A stretch of DNA of 64,000 nt, taken from a virus. The DNA is taken from positions 1 to 64,000 of the IMG/VR virus record IMGVR_UViG_3300030202_003496; one strand, written 5' to 3'. Position numbers and translations under genes: made by a program. Position 1 is the stretch's first letter. Each line of letters opens with the position of its first letter. Positions 39,168 to 51,681 of the stretch are shown here, one piece after another. Under the pieces are notes generated by a model. It saw only the letters and a program-made list of their open reading frames with translations, had not been told where the DNA came from and did not search any database.

Positions 39168-42100
39168 ATGTGTGTAAAGTGCGACTACAAATTAAAATAC
39201 AAACAAGGTAAGAAATTCACCAGTTATATTCCACTGCATGGACATTCCACTTATTCTCAAGGGGATGGTGTTACGAAGATAGAAGATATAATGACGCGTG
39301 CAAAAGAGGTTGGTGCTCCCGGTATATCATTAACCGAACATGGTAATATGTCGTCCTTCTATAAATTCTACAACCATGCAGTGGAGACTGGAATAAATCC
39401 TATTGTAGGTTGCGAATTATATACAAATGACCTGTACCATTCAGACAATGAAAAGTTCCTTGAATTAAAAAGAGGTACTGCAGATGTAATAGGTGATGCA
39501 GGTGAACATTTGGATAAAACAGATGCAGCAAATAATCACACACTAGTATATGCAAAAAATTATGAAGGTGTAAAAAATCTTCTTAATATATCTAATGAAG
39601 GTTTTGACAATTATTATAGAAAGCCTCTTTCAAGTATGGAAAGAGTATATAATGGACTTAATGAAAATAACATAATTACAACAGGCTGTTTACAGTCAAA
39701 GTGGAATCAACTTGTTTTGGCAGGTAAAGAGGTCGAGGCGTTAGAGTTAATTAAAAAATATCGAGATAAGTTTGGTGATGATTTTTATTTGGAGGTCCAG
39801 TTAAATAATTTAGACATTCAAATGACGTGTAATAATTTCTATAAAAAGGTTTATGAAAAAACAGGAATCAAACCTGTATTTGCACTTGACTATCACTATG
39901 CAAATAAAGATGATTGGTATATACAATATCTACTTTATGTAATACGTCAGCGTGAAACTGTTAAGTCATATACACCACAGGATTGGTTTTATACTGTACA
40001 TTCATTATACATAAAACAAATAGATGAGATTTATGCAGAGGCAGAAAAATATGGTATGGATAAAAAATTCCTTGAACTATCAATTGATTCTACTTTCGAA
40101 ATAAATGACAAGGTAAAGATAGAAATGCCTAAATATCCAGATAATTTTCCAAAGTATCATGAGGATAAGTCATTAAGCGAATCTGAATTCATGTCAAAGT
40201 TAAAAGTAAAATGGGTTGAAAAAATACAAAACGGTTTACTTCCTGACAACAACAAAGAATATACAGACAGACTTAAATATGAATTGGATATTATTAAATC
40301 AAAAGGTTTTATAGACTATTTCTTAATTTTAGATGACTTACTTAATAACTTTGTATATAAGGTAGGCGGTGCAACTGGTGCAGGTCGTGGTTCTGCTGGT
40401 GGCTCTCTTGTATTATTTGTATTAGATATTACAAAAATTGACCCAATAAGACATAATCTAATTTTTGAAAGATTCTTAAATCCTGCTCGTATCGACCCTG
40501 CCGACGTTGATTTAGATATAGATTCTGATACTCAAAAGAAATGTGAGGATTATCTAAAGGACAAGTTTGGTAAACAACGCGTCTGTCATATTGCAAACTT
40601 TGGTAAATTTGGTGCCAAAACTACAGTAAAGGATTTATGTAGAATACATGAACTAGACTTTGTATTATCAAATAAACTTACAGGATATTTTAGCGATGAC
40701 CCGAATTCACCTATAGATTTTGAAATGAAAAATGCATTTAATATTGCACAGAAAAAAGGCGAAAAGGATTTAATGCAGTTCATTAAGGACAACAAAGAAT
40801 TATTCTTAAAAATTGCACCTAAAATGGTAGGTATGGTTAGGCAAACAGGTAGGCATGCATCAGGTATTTTGGTAAGCAATAAAGACTTAAATTGTTCAGA
40901 AATACCTTTATTAAGACTTAAAGGTGAAACTGTTACAGGTGTACAAGAAGGTGGTGATGAACGTGAGGTTAGTGAACTTGGATATTGTAAGTTGGATATT
41001 CTTGGACTTAAGGCGGCGTCCGTTATTAACGATACTTTCAAACTCATTGAGAAAAAGCATGGTGAATCTGATTTAGAACAAAGAATTCTTAAATCTAATT
41101 TTGATGATAAAAAGGTATATGATGAATTTGAAACAGGTAACTGTAAGGATATCTTTCAATTCGGTTCGGACAATATGATAAATTTAATTAGAACAATTAA
41201 ACCTAAAAGTATTGTTGACTTATCTTCTATCAACGCAATGTTTAGGCCTGCTATAATCCAGGCAGGAGGAATTGACGAATATATTAAAAACCGCGAAAAT
41301 CCGGAAGAGGCAAAATTTTTGCTAGACCAAAAATCTCCAATGCTATGGGATATACTTGGTGAATCATTTGGCGTACCTATATTTCAAGAGCAGATTATGT
41401 TTATTCTACAAAAGATTGGCGGCTTTACACTTGCTGAAGCAGATGGTGGTAGGAAAATATTAAAGCTACTTCATAAAGGTAATCAAGACAAAAAGGATAA
41501 TTTTTATGACATGCTTGATAGATTCAAAAAAGGTGCCAAAGCAAATGGTATGAAGGATAGAGATATAGATGAACTGCTTGATGTACTAGGTAAATATTCA
41601 GAATATTCATTTAATAAATCTCACTCTTTGGCATATGCAATGAATGCTTATATATCAATGTGGCAAAAGGTACACTTTCCTTATGAATATTATACTGCTC
41701 TTCTTAACCACTCAACAAATGCAGAATTAAGCTGGTTTGTAAAACAAATTAAAAAGAAAGGTATAAAGTTTAATGAATTTGAAATAGGTCAGACTGGTAA
41801 TAGTTTTGAAATAGATTATGACAATAAATCAATAAAATTTGGTCTTAATCTTGTAAAAGGTATACCAGATAAAGATGCTGCAATTATAAATTCTGTAAAA
41901 CCTGGCGATGTAAATACATTAACAGAGCTTGTTGATTTTATTCTTGACAACAAAATTACAAAGCGTACATACGAACCTTTATGTAGGTTAGGATATTTCA
42001 AAGGAATCATGAAAAATTCAAGAGTTCTTGAGGATATAGTAAATGCATGTAGAAACAAAAAGAAATCTCAGACAATTCAAGGTATTATTGACCAGATAAT

Positions 42101-42521
42101 GGAAGATACTGTTGGTGAAAAGGATTGGGATAAGACACAGAAGTTTGAATGGGAAAAGAAATACTTTGACTTTTATTTTAATGAACATCCTTTTGCAAAA
42201 TATAAAGAGTTTTTCTATGACCACGCACCAGATATTATAGCACAATTGACAAGTCCTAAACAAATTCCAGACGAAACAGAAAAAGGACAATTTCAATTGT
42301 ATGGAATTATTAACAAAATTATTATTAAAAAATCTAAGAAAACAGGTAGAGAATTCTATAAGATAGCTTTAGAAGACGACCAAAAACAATTGTATATAAC
42401 AATATTCAATACAAGGGATATTGCAGGTTTGTCTGAAGGTGAATTCGTATTGATACCTGCATCTAAAAACAAATTTGGTTTTACAAAAAGTAAAAACTCT
42501 TCGATAAAAAAGTTGATATAA
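39168..42521 (+). CDS. dnaE: DNA polymerase III alpha subunit (family C)
   Basis: PHP domain H.HSTYS, GRGSAGGS, FERFLNP.R, DVDLD, KLDILGL, FQEQIM, YSFNKSH. Confidence 0.95.
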   Translation: MCVKCDYKLKYKQGKKFTSYIPLHGHSTYSQGDGVTKIEDIMTRAKEVGAPGISLTEHGNMSSFYKFYNHAVETGINPIVGCELYTNDLYHSDNEKFLELKRGTADVIGDAGEHLDKTDAANNHTLVYAKNYEGVKNLLNISNEGFDNYYRKPLSSMERVYNGLNENNIITTGCLQSKWNQLVLAGKEVEALELIKKYRDKFGDDFYLEVQLNNLDIQMTCNNFYKKVYEKTGIKPVFALDYHYANKDDWYIQYLLYVIRQRETVKSYTPQDWFYTVHSLYIKQIDEIYAEAEKYGMDKKFLELSIDSTFEINDKVKIEMPKYPDNFPKYHEDKSLSESEFMSKLKVKWVEKIQNGLLPDNNKEYTDRLKYELDIIKSKGFIDYFLILDDLLNNFVYKVGGATGAGRGSAGGSLVLFVLDITKIDPIRHNLIFERFLNPARIDPADVDLDIDSDTQKKCEDYLKDKFGKQRVCHIANFGKFGAKTTVKDLCRIHELDFVLSNKLTGYFSDDPNSPIDFEMKNAFNIAQKKGEKDLMQFIKDNKELFLKIAPKMVGMVRQTGRHASGILVSNKDLNCSEIPLLRLKGETVTGVQEGGDEREVSELGYCKLDILGLKAASVINDTFKLIEKKHGESDLEQRILKSNFDDKKVYDEFETGNCKDIFQFGSDNMINLIRTIKPKSIVDLSSINAMFRPAIIQAGGIDEYIKNRENPEEAKFLLDQKSPMLWDILGESFGVPIFQEQIMFILQKIGGFTLAEADGGRKILKLLHKGNQDKKDNFYDMLDRFKKGAKANGMKDRDIDELLDVLGKYSEYSFNKSHSLAYAMNAYISMWQKVHFPYEYYTALLNHSTNAELSWFVKQIKKKGIKFNEFEIGQTGNSFEIDYDNKSIKFGLNLVKGIPDKDAAIINSVKPGDVNTLTELVDFILDNKITKRTYEPLCRLGYFKGIMKNSRVLEDIVNACRNKKKSQTIQGIIDQIMEDTVGEKDWDKTQKFEWEKKYFDFYFNEHPFAKYKEFFYDHAPDIIAQLTSPKQIPDETEKGQFQLYGIINKIIIKKSKKTGREFYKIALEDDQKQLYITIFNTRDIAGLSEGEFVLIPASKNKFGFTKSKNSSIKKLI

Positions 42522-42578
42522 TTTCACTATGTCGGAAAGTTTTGTTATATTTATATTATATAAAAAAGGTTACGAAAT

Positions 42579-43391
42579 ATGGAAAAATTAAGTTATGACG
42601 TGGTTGAAAACCTGAGAATTGTAATGGGAACATTACCTGAGGAACAGCCATTATTAAAAACAGAATTCAAATTATTACAAGACGAGGTTGAGGTTACATT
42701 AGAAGACCACATGTCAAACCCTTATAAGTCTATGTTTGTGACTAGCACTTCTACTTGGGGTGATAATGAATTTAAGAGAAAATGGCCAATTACATCTCCT
42801 GAAGGAAAGCTTGAAGTTGTAAAGGCAGTACTAACTCACAATACTTTACCTCAGGCAAGAGAAATGGTACAGTTTATATTTAGAGTTAGAGGTGTACCAA
42901 GATGGTTATTTGACTATCATACACAAACACCGTTCACAAGCTTTATGAGTATAGGATGTCGAGATAATAATAAGTCAGATGTTGATATTGTTACATTAGA
43001 TGAGTTACCTGAAAAACATAAGAATGTAATGAAGCGACTTAAATCTCTTTATTCATCTGCTCTAAAAACAGACCAAGCATCATGGCAATCAGCAAGGTCC
43101 TTTTTGCCTCAAAGCTATCAGCACTCATATCATTTTGGCCAGAATCTATTGTCACTTGTAAGCATGAGAGGTTTTAATGCGTCAGGAAAATTTGATAATG
43201 TTGATAATAAAGAATGGGCAATGAGTGAATTATATAAAAAAGTTGTTGAGGTCGTTGCTGAAAAATTTCCTTTAATAGGAGAATATCTTAATGTAATACA
43301 TAATGATACAGAAGAAGTTTTAGAATATATTAAGAATATAAAATACGAAAATTTAAGTGAATCAGATAAAAAGTTGTTTACAGATGAATAA
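42579..43391 (+). CDS. Divergent ThyX-like (flavin-dependent thymidylate synthase fold) protein 1
   Basis: E.V.F.F.V.GVPR and Q.AR..LP; canonical RHRxxS motif absent. Confidence 0.55.
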   Translation: MEKLSYDVVENLRIVMGTLPEEQPLLKTEFKLLQDEVEVTLEDHMSNPYKSMFVTSTSTWGDNEFKRKWPITSPEGKLEVVKAVLTHNTLPQAREMVQFIFRVRGVPRWLFDYHTQTPFTSFMSIGCRDNNKSDVDIVTLDELPEKHKNVMKRLKSLYSSALKTDQASWQSARSFLPQSYQHSYHFGQNLLSLVSMRGFNASGKFDNVDNKEWAMSELYKKVVEVVAEKFPLIGEYLNVIHNDTEEVLEYIKNIKYENLSESDKKLFTDE

Positions 43392-44096
43392 AGTTAATAT
43401 AAAAAAAGGTATAGAATGTTTGGATGTAGAAATACTTAGTTGGAATCCAGATTCTCAAATGATAACATATAAAATTACAGGAACACCTGTATGCCAATAT
43501 GACCAGCATTCAAGAGCTAGAGTAGGTATAAAGTTTAAGGATTATAAAGTTAGTGAAAAACCTAACTACGTTGTATATACACAAGTTTGGGAAACAATGG
43601 AAAAAGACCCTTCATTTAAGAAAGAGGTTATTGATACATTACAAGAACTTGAAGATTTAAGAAACGAAAATGATGAGGTGTTTTCTCAAATAGAAATGTC
43701 ATCACTTAACTTAATGTCAAGAGAATGTAGCTATGTTGTAGAACAAAATATAGGTTCATTACGAGGACAGATGGCAAGGCGACTGCAATTTTGTGAAGAG
43801 GAGTTTATTGTAGGTTTGCACTGGTTATTAAGACAGAAAATGATAGACGCAGGAATTGATTTGGCAAATGGATTCAAGCCTATGTGTGATGTAACAAAGA
43901 AATGTGAATATGCAAAAGCTGATTATCTATCAAATGCTTTTGGTTGTTTATTCGCAGGTTGCGGAAGATGGAAATCACATACAGAATTTGCTTCATTCAA
44001 CCAGTCTTGCACTACACCAGAATTAGTAAAAGAACAAACAGGTGTCACCTGTACAAAATCAGAATACGAATTAGAATTATTAAAAGAGGAAAAATA

Positions 44097-44097
<1 letters not shown>
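43357..44097 (+). CDS. Divergent ThyX-like protein 2 (likely start 43385)
   Basis: DQHSRAR.G (RHR-like), RRL.FC, Cys-rich C-terminus (P.C....C). Confidence 0.5.
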
Positions 44098-46009
<1,912 letters not shown>

Positions 46010-46010
46010 A

Positions 46011-46259
46011 ATGGGAAAAGAGATTAAGATGAATCAGAATAATATGAATCAACAACAGCAGATACAATTAAATCCAAATGACTTGGAGGATGTTGTTTGT
46101 GAAAAATGTGGTTGCCAAACATTTCAATCTGTATTTTTATTTAAGAAATTATCAGCAGTGCTTGCTCCAACGGGAAGAGATACATTGGTACCAATGCAGA
46201 CATATAAATGTACTGATTGCGGACATATCAATCAAGAGTTTTTGCCTAAAGAACAATAA
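46011..46259 (+). CDS. Zn-ribbon protein
   Basis: CEKCG ... CTDCGH. Confidence 0.7.
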   Translation: MGKEIKMNQNNMNQQQQIQLNPNDLEDVVCEKCGCQTFQSVFLFKKLSAVLAPTGRDTLVPMQTYKCTDCGHINQEFLPKEQ

Positions 46260-46465
46260 TGTCAAAGGATAACGTAAAACATCCAGAGCACTATACTCAA
46301 GGAATTGAGATGTGGGAATATGCAAGCTCTCACAATCTCGATTTCTTTGAAGGTAATATAATAAAATATGTTACAAGATGGAAGCACAAAAATGGTATCG
46401 AAGACCTTCTTAAAGCAAAGCAATACCTTGATAAGTTAATTGAAAATAATAAAAAAAAGTCGTAA
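46259..46465 (+). CDS. DUF3310 family protein
   Basis: V.HP.HY, GNIIKYV.R...KNG.EDL.KA..YL. Confidence 0.85.
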   Translation: MSKDNVKHPEHYTQGIEMWEYASSHNLDFFEGNIIKYVTRWKHKNGIEDLLKAKQYLDKLIENNKKKS

Positions 46466-46511
46466 AATAATTTTTTTATCTCGGAAATTTTGCGTATATT
46501 AGTAGTATAAT

Positions 46512-47435
46512 ATGATTCTAAAAACACCTAAAGATTTAGCTATAAAGGCCCGCAAAATGGGCAAAAGGACAATATCTTATAGTCAACTTAACATGTATAA
46601 GAACTGCCCTCTTCAATGGAAACTGTCTTATCTAGACGGAATCAAAGAATTCGAGCCCAATATGTTTTTGGTTTTCGGTACTGCAATGCATGAGGTACTT
46701 CAGAAATATATACATACTATGTACAATGAATCAATAGTATCTGCAGACAAATTAGATTTACATAAAATGTTATCAGATAATATGTCGTCAGAATATAAAT
46801 TGCGAGTAGAAGAATATGAAGGCAAACACTTTAGTTGCAAGGAGGAGATGGAAGACTTTTATCATGACGGTGTTGCAATAATAGATTATTTCAAGCGCAA
46901 GCGTGGTGCTTATTTTTCTAAAAAAAATACAGAATTGGTAGGTATAGAAATGCCAATTTTATATGATGTCGAAGGCAATGATAAACTTATGGTTATGGGT
47001 TTTGCAGACCTTGTTATAAAGGAAGGTGAAAGGTTAAAAATTATAGATATTAAAACATCATATATGGGTTGGAAACCTAAGAAGAAAAAACAAGAAGGTG
47101 ACCAGTTAAGGTTATATAAAAGATATTTTTCAAAACAATATGGTGTTGACGAAAGTCTAATCGATGTAGAATACTTTATTGTAAAACGTAAGTTATATGA
47201 AAACCTAGACTTCCCACAAAAAAGAATACAGCAATATAAGCCAGCTGCAGGAAAGCCATCTATGAATAAAACAACCAAGTTGTTAACAGAGTTTATATCT
47301 AATTCATTTACAGCTGATGGAAAGAAAAACAAAGAAGGTGATTATCCAGCATACAAAACAGGTTGTACATATTGTCCATTCAAAAAACGACACGACTTAT
47401 GTCCACCAAAAAATAGAATGGCAGCTGCAGTATGA
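46512..47435 (+). CDS. PD-(D/E)XK nuclease (RecB/AddB/Cas4-like)
   Basis: SYSQ....CP, G.A.H, G..D, DIKT, QL..Y, C..CP......C. Confidence 0.85.
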   Translation: MILKTPKDLAIKARKMGKRTISYSQLNMYKNCPLQWKLSYLDGIKEFEPNMFLVFGTAMHEVLQKYIHTMYNESIVSADKLDLHKMLSDNMSSEYKLRVEEYEGKHFSCKEEMEDFYHDGVAIIDYFKRKRGAYFSKKNTELVGIEMPILYDVEGNDKLMVMGFADLVIKEGERLKIIDIKTSYMGWKPKKKKQEGDQLRLYKRYFSKQYGVDESLIDVEYFIVKRKLYENLDFPQKRIQQYKPAAGKPSMNKTTKLLTEFISNSFTADGKKNKEGDYPAYKTGCTYCPFKKRHDLCPPKNRMAAAV

Positions 47436-47833
47436 AAATAGGTATAATAGGAAGTAGAGATTATCAAAACTTTAGAAAAGTTAAAGATACTATTTTTGCA
47501 TTAAAAAATAAATTCGAACCTGATTTAACAATAGTATCAGGAGGTTGTTTAGATGGAGCAGATAGATTTGCAAAGAAGTATGCAATAGAATTAGAATGTA
47601 ATTATATTGAATTTAATCCTGCGCATACACCTAAAAACCTATATTCTGCATTGCACGAAAACTACTATGGAAAAATTTATCAGCCTAAGAACTTTTTTCA
47701 TAGAAATAAAATGCTTGCTAATTATGTAGATTGTTTAATTGTGTTTATACCTGAAGGATATAAATCAGCTGGAAGTGAACACACAATAAAAGAGGCGAAA
47801 AAAATGAATAAAAAAGTCGTAATTATTTCATAA
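47432..47833 (+). CDS. SLOG/YspA-like (DUF2493) protein
   Basis: IIGSRDY, IVSGG..GAD..A, RNK.L, S.G..HTI. Confidence 0.8.
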   Translation: MKIGIIGSRDYQNFRKVKDTIFALKNKFEPDLTIVSGGCLDGADRFAKKYAIELECNYIEFNPAHTPKNLYSALHENYYGKIYQPKNFFHRNKMLANYVDCLIVFIPEGYKSAGSEHTIKEAKKMNKKVVIIS

Positions 47834-47879
47834 TAAAAATATATAAGTATATATTTATATATTGTATGGAGAATAAGTT

Positions 47880-48086
47880 ATGGCAAAACAAAAATTAACA
47901 TCTGTAAAGGTTAACGAGGAGTCTTGGAATAATTTCAAGAAAATGTCGATAGATGAAAAAATTACATTTAGACAATTGGTTGATATATCAATTGAAGAGT
48001 TTATTAACAACAAGAGTTTTAGAAACACAATAAAAGAAAAGGTTATAGAAAATGGCAAAAAAGAAAATACTATTACTATCAGATGA
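47880..48086 (+). CDS. Small ribbon-helix-helix-like DNA-binding protein
   Basis: LTSVKV....W..FK pattern; first gene of the glycosyltransferase operon. Confidence 0.55.
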   Translation: MAKQKLTSVKVNEESWNNFKKMSIDEKITFRQLVDISIEEFINNKSFRNTIKEKVIENGKKENTITIR

Positions 48087-49455
48087 TTTAAGAATTCATT
48101 CTGGTGTTGGAACAATGTCAAAATCTTTTGTATTAGGTACGGTTAAACAATTTGACTGGGTACAAATGGCAGGTGCAATTAAACATCCTGAAAAAGGTAA
48201 GATTGCAGATTTATCTGAAGATACAAATAAAATATTAGGAATTGATGATGCTTATATAAAGCTTTATCCTGTTGACGGATATGGAAATCAGGCTATATTA
48301 AGAGAAGTTATGGCAATAGAAAAGCCTGATGGCATTATGCACTTTACTGACCCAAGATTCTGGGATTGGTTATACGCAATGGAGCATGAGATTAGAAAGA
48401 ATATTCCTATTATGTATTATAATATATGGGATGACCTTCCTTTCCCACATTGGAATGAAAATGCTTATGAATCTTGCGATGGTTTAATGGCTATTTCAAA
48501 ACAAACATATAACATCAATAAACATGTTTGCCAAAGAAAACCTAGAGTAGAAGGAAAGGACTTGTTTTATGTACAACATGGTATAAACGAAAATGTATTT
48601 TTCCCTATATTAGGAGAAGATGCTGAATTTCAAAAGTTTAAGAATGAAGTATTACAAGGGAAAACTTACGACTTTGTAGCGTTTTTCAATAGTAGGAATA
48701 TAAGACGTAAAGGTACCTCTGATTTGCTATCTGCGTTTGGAAAATTCAATAGAGAAATGACAGAAGAGCAGGCATCGAAAACAGCAATCATATTACATAC
48801 AGACCCAGTCGATACAAATGGTACTGATTTACCTGTATTGATAGAAAAGCTATACCCTAATATGAATGTTATATTTAGTACGCAGAAATTGGCACCTGTA
48901 CAAATGAATTGGCTGTATAATATTGCAGATGTAGTTTGTAACCCTTCTTCAGCTGAAGGTTTTGGATTGAGTCACATGGAAGCTATGATGGCTGCAAGAC
49001 CTACAATTACAACTGTTGTTGGAGGTTTACAAGACCAATTAGGTTTTAAGGTTGATGGTGAAGAATTATCTGTCAAACATTTTACAGCAGAAATTCCAAG
49101 TAATTCTACAGGAGAGATATCAAAAGAACATGGCGAATGGACATATCCATTGTGGCCAAATCAAAGTTTACAAGGCTCACCTCCTACTCCATATATCTAT
49201 GATTCTAGACCTGAAATAAATGATATTGCATCGGGATTAAAATATTGGTATGGACAATCTAAAATGGAGAGAACTAGAAAAGGAATCTTAGGAAGGAATT
49301 GGGCTATAGAAAATAAATTTACAGAAGATGGAATGAATGAGGCTATGCTCAATGCAATTCAAACTACGTTTGATAATTTCAAACCTAAAGCAAATTATGA
49401 ACTTATAGATTTAGACGCAACAAATAAAGTCTATCCAACAGGAGTATTAAGATAA
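48052..49455 (+). CDS. Glycosyltransferase (GT-B, GT4-like)
   Basis: RNIRRK, EGFGL...EAM. Confidence 0.88.
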   Translation: MAKKKILLLSDDLRIHSGVGTMSKSFVLGTVKQFDWVQMAGAIKHPEKGKIADLSEDTNKILGIDDAYIKLYPVDGYGNQAILREVMAIEKPDGIMHFTDPRFWDWLYAMEHEIRKNIPIMYYNIWDDLPFPHWNENAYESCDGLMAISKQTYNINKHVCQRKPRVEGKDLFYVQHGINENVFFPILGEDAEFQKFKNEVLQGKTYDFVAFFNSRNIRRKGTSDLLSAFGKFNREMTEEQASKTAIILHTDPVDTNGTDLPVLIEKLYPNMNVIFSTQKLAPVQMNWLYNIADVVCNPSSAEGFGLSHMEAMMAARPTITTVVGGLQDQLGFKVDGEELSVKHFTAEIPSNSTGEISKEHGEWTYPLWPNQSLQGSPPTPYIYDSRPEINDIASGLKYWYGQSKMERTRKGILGRNWAIENKFTEDGMNEAMLNAIQTTFDNFKPKANYELIDLDATNKVYPTGVLR

Positions 49456-50753
49456 TGAAACCAAGATTAGTTATAAGCTGCCCATCAACAAGCAGAAGTG
49501 GTTATGGAGACCATAGTAGAGATTTAATTAGAAGTTTAATTGATATGAATAAATTTGATATTCATGTTTTTGACCAAGTTTGGGGTACTTGTCCTAAAGA
49601 CGCATTAGGTAAAGATGATAAAGATATAAGTTCTTTAATTATAAAAAATCCTCAGCAATTTATGTCTGAAAAGCAGCCAGATATATGGATTCAGGTTACA
49701 GTACCAAATGAATTTCAACCTGTAGGTAAATATAATATAGGTATTACTGCAGGAATAGAAACAACTCTTTGCGATTCTACGTGGATTCAAGGCTGTAATA
49801 GAATGGATAAAGTCATAGTACCTTCAGAGCATGCAAAATATGTATTTCAAACTGCAAATTATAAAGCAATCAATCCTCAAACAGGACAGGAAGATACAAG
49901 CGCACCTGAATTAAAATTAGAGGTACCTGTTGAGGTTTTGTTTGAAGGTCTAGATATGGACTTTTTCAAAAAGACTAGTGAAATACCTGGTACAATAAAA
50001 TCATCTTTAGATTCGATAAAAGAAGATTTTTGCTTTTTATTTTGTGGCCATTGGCTGCATGGTATTATGGGACAGGATAGAAAAGATGTAGGTATGACAA
50101 TTAGAGTTTTCTTGGAAACGTTCAAAGGAAAGTCAAAAAGAAATATGCCAGCTTTAATACTTAAAACTTCTTCTGCAGGTTTTTCAATTGGAGAAAGAGA
50201 AGATATAATTAAGAAAATAAAACAAATAAGAAGTTACGTACAGCATCAAGGTGATTTACCTAGTATATATTTCTTGCATGGTGACTTAACAAAAGAAGAA
50301 CTTAATGGATTATATAACCATCCTAAAGTAAAAGCTATGGTGTCGTTTACAAAAGGTGAAGGATTTGGTAGACCGTTGTTAGAATATAGCGTTACAGGTA
50401 AGCCTACAATAGCTTCAAATTGGTCTGGTCATATAGACTTTTTATCTGCTTATGGTGTAATGCTTCCAGGTAAATTAAATAAGGTTCATGAATCAGTTGT
50501 TTGGGATAAAGTTATATTAAAAGATTCTGAGTGGTTTACTGTAGACTATGGATATGCATCTGGTATACTGAAAGATGTACATAAAAATTATAAAAAGTAT
50601 CATGAAAAATCTAGAAAGCAAACACAATATGTAAAAGATAATTTTACTCTGAAAGAGATGACAAAAAAGTTTGAAGAAATAATGGATAATTCTGTTCTAC
50701 CTTCATTCGATGTTAAACTTCCAGCTATAGAGGAGATGCAAACTTATGAATAG
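49455..50753 (+). CDS. Glycosyltransferase (GT-B, GT4-like)
   Basis: SGYG..SR, DRK, GEGFGRPLLE, SGH.DF. Confidence 0.88.
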   Translation: MKPRLVISCPSTSRSGYGDHSRDLIRSLIDMNKFDIHVFDQVWGTCPKDALGKDDKDISSLIIKNPQQFMSEKQPDIWIQVTVPNEFQPVGKYNIGITAGIETTLCDSTWIQGCNRMDKVIVPSEHAKYVFQTANYKAINPQTGQEDTSAPELKLEVPVEVLFEGLDMDFFKKTSEIPGTIKSSLDSIKEDFCFLFCGHWLHGIMGQDRKDVGMTIRVFLETFKGKSKRNMPALILKTSSAGFSIGEREDIIKKIKQIRSYVQHQGDLPSIYFLHGDLTKEELNGLYNHPKVKAMVSFTKGEGFGRPLLEYSVTGKPTIASNWSGHIDFLSAYGVMLPGKLNKVHESVVWDKVILKDSEWFTVDYGYASGILKDVHKNYKKYHEKSRKQTQYVKDNFTLKEMTKKFEEIMDNSVLPSFDVKLPAIEEMQTYE

Positions 50754-51204
50754 TGATATGAATTGGATTGAAAGTCCGCAGACAAAGAAATTGATGGTGA
50801 TGCAGGAATTTGATAATAAGAATGGAGTATCAAAAATAGATTTAAGTACAGGGTATTATACTAATGAATATCCACTTAATTATAAAAAGCATCCAAATTT
50901 TGATATAGAAAAATATGAAGAAGGAATGCCAGGTGTGGTAAAAGGTAATAGATATGATGATGGTGAATCTTATTGGTACCCTTCGACGATAAGAACTTCA
51001 AAAGAAATGGTGTTTCCTCACGGATTCGGTGAAGATATGATATGGTGCTATGCAAAAGTGAAACCTTTGACAGAAGAAGAAAAGAAAAAGTATTCTGCAG
51101 ATGTAAACTTTGAATCATTTTTAGACATGGCAAATGCAGAAAATTTTGATAGCTATTTAGAAGCGGCAAAAAAATGTAATGGGTTTAGTTTAGGCGATTT
51201 ATAA
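50746..51204 (+). CDS. Hypothetical protein
   Basis: Coupled ORF with SD. Confidence 0.6.
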   Translation: MNSDMNWIESPQTKKLMVMQEFDNKNGVSKIDLSTGYYTNEYPLNYKKHPNFDIEKYEEGMPGVVKGNRYDDGESYWYPSTIRTSKEMVFPHGFGEDMIWCYAKVKPLTEEEKKKYSADVNFESFLDMANAENFDSYLEAAKKCNGFSLGDL

Positions 51205-51671
51205 TGAATTTTTTTAATCAACATCTCACATTCAAGCAGTCTGCTGTAATCATACCAAAACATCAGTTACAGAAAGGTATGGTTGTACAGAATAGATATA
51301 AAAATCAGAAAGGAGAGACAAAAGATTATATGTTTCTTATATTGAATCCTGATTATTATCAAAAGGTTCATGTATTAAGCTTAAATGAATTTAGTAATAT
51401 GAGATTTAACGACCTTGCAAGAGATACAGGTATAAGGTTACTGCCTAGATTCAAAAAGAGAGGCTTAATTATACCTCGACTTACAATGATAGAATCTTCA
51501 CAAAGATTTTATTACGGAAGGCTTGCTGTAAATATGGAAAAATTATATAATAACAGTTACAGAACTCTTTTCCTAAGAAATATGAACCTTGTACAGCTTA
51601 TAGATTATAGGTTTGACCAAGACATAGAAGATACTTTAGATAGAAATCCAGGAAAAATAACAACTAATTAA
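51204..51671 (+). CDS. Hypothetical protein
   Basis: Coupled ORF (TAATG overlap). Confidence 0.6.
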   Translation: MNFFNQHLTFKQSAVIIPKHQLQKGMVVQNRYKNQKGETKDYMFLILNPDYYQKVHVLSLNEFSNMRFNDLARDTGIRLLPRFKKRGLIIPRLTMIESSQRFYYGRLAVNMEKLYNNSYRTLFLRNMNLVQLIDYRFDQDIEDTLDRNPGKITTN

Positions 51672-51681
51672 GGGAACGAAA

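Noticed and set aside
32360-42521. Inteins or introns in nrdJ or dnaE
   Set aside because: Lengths are normal, the frames are uninterrupted and no intein splice or homing-endonuclease motifs were seen.
43944-44096. N-terminal extension of GroES in the ORF track
   Set aside because: It overlaps the upstream gene; the GroES motif and an SD (gagga) place the start at 44097.
46512-47435. Cas4 as evidence of a CRISPR-Cas system
   Set aside because: It is a stand-alone PD-(D/E)XK nuclease common in phages; no cas1/cas2 or array is present in the window.
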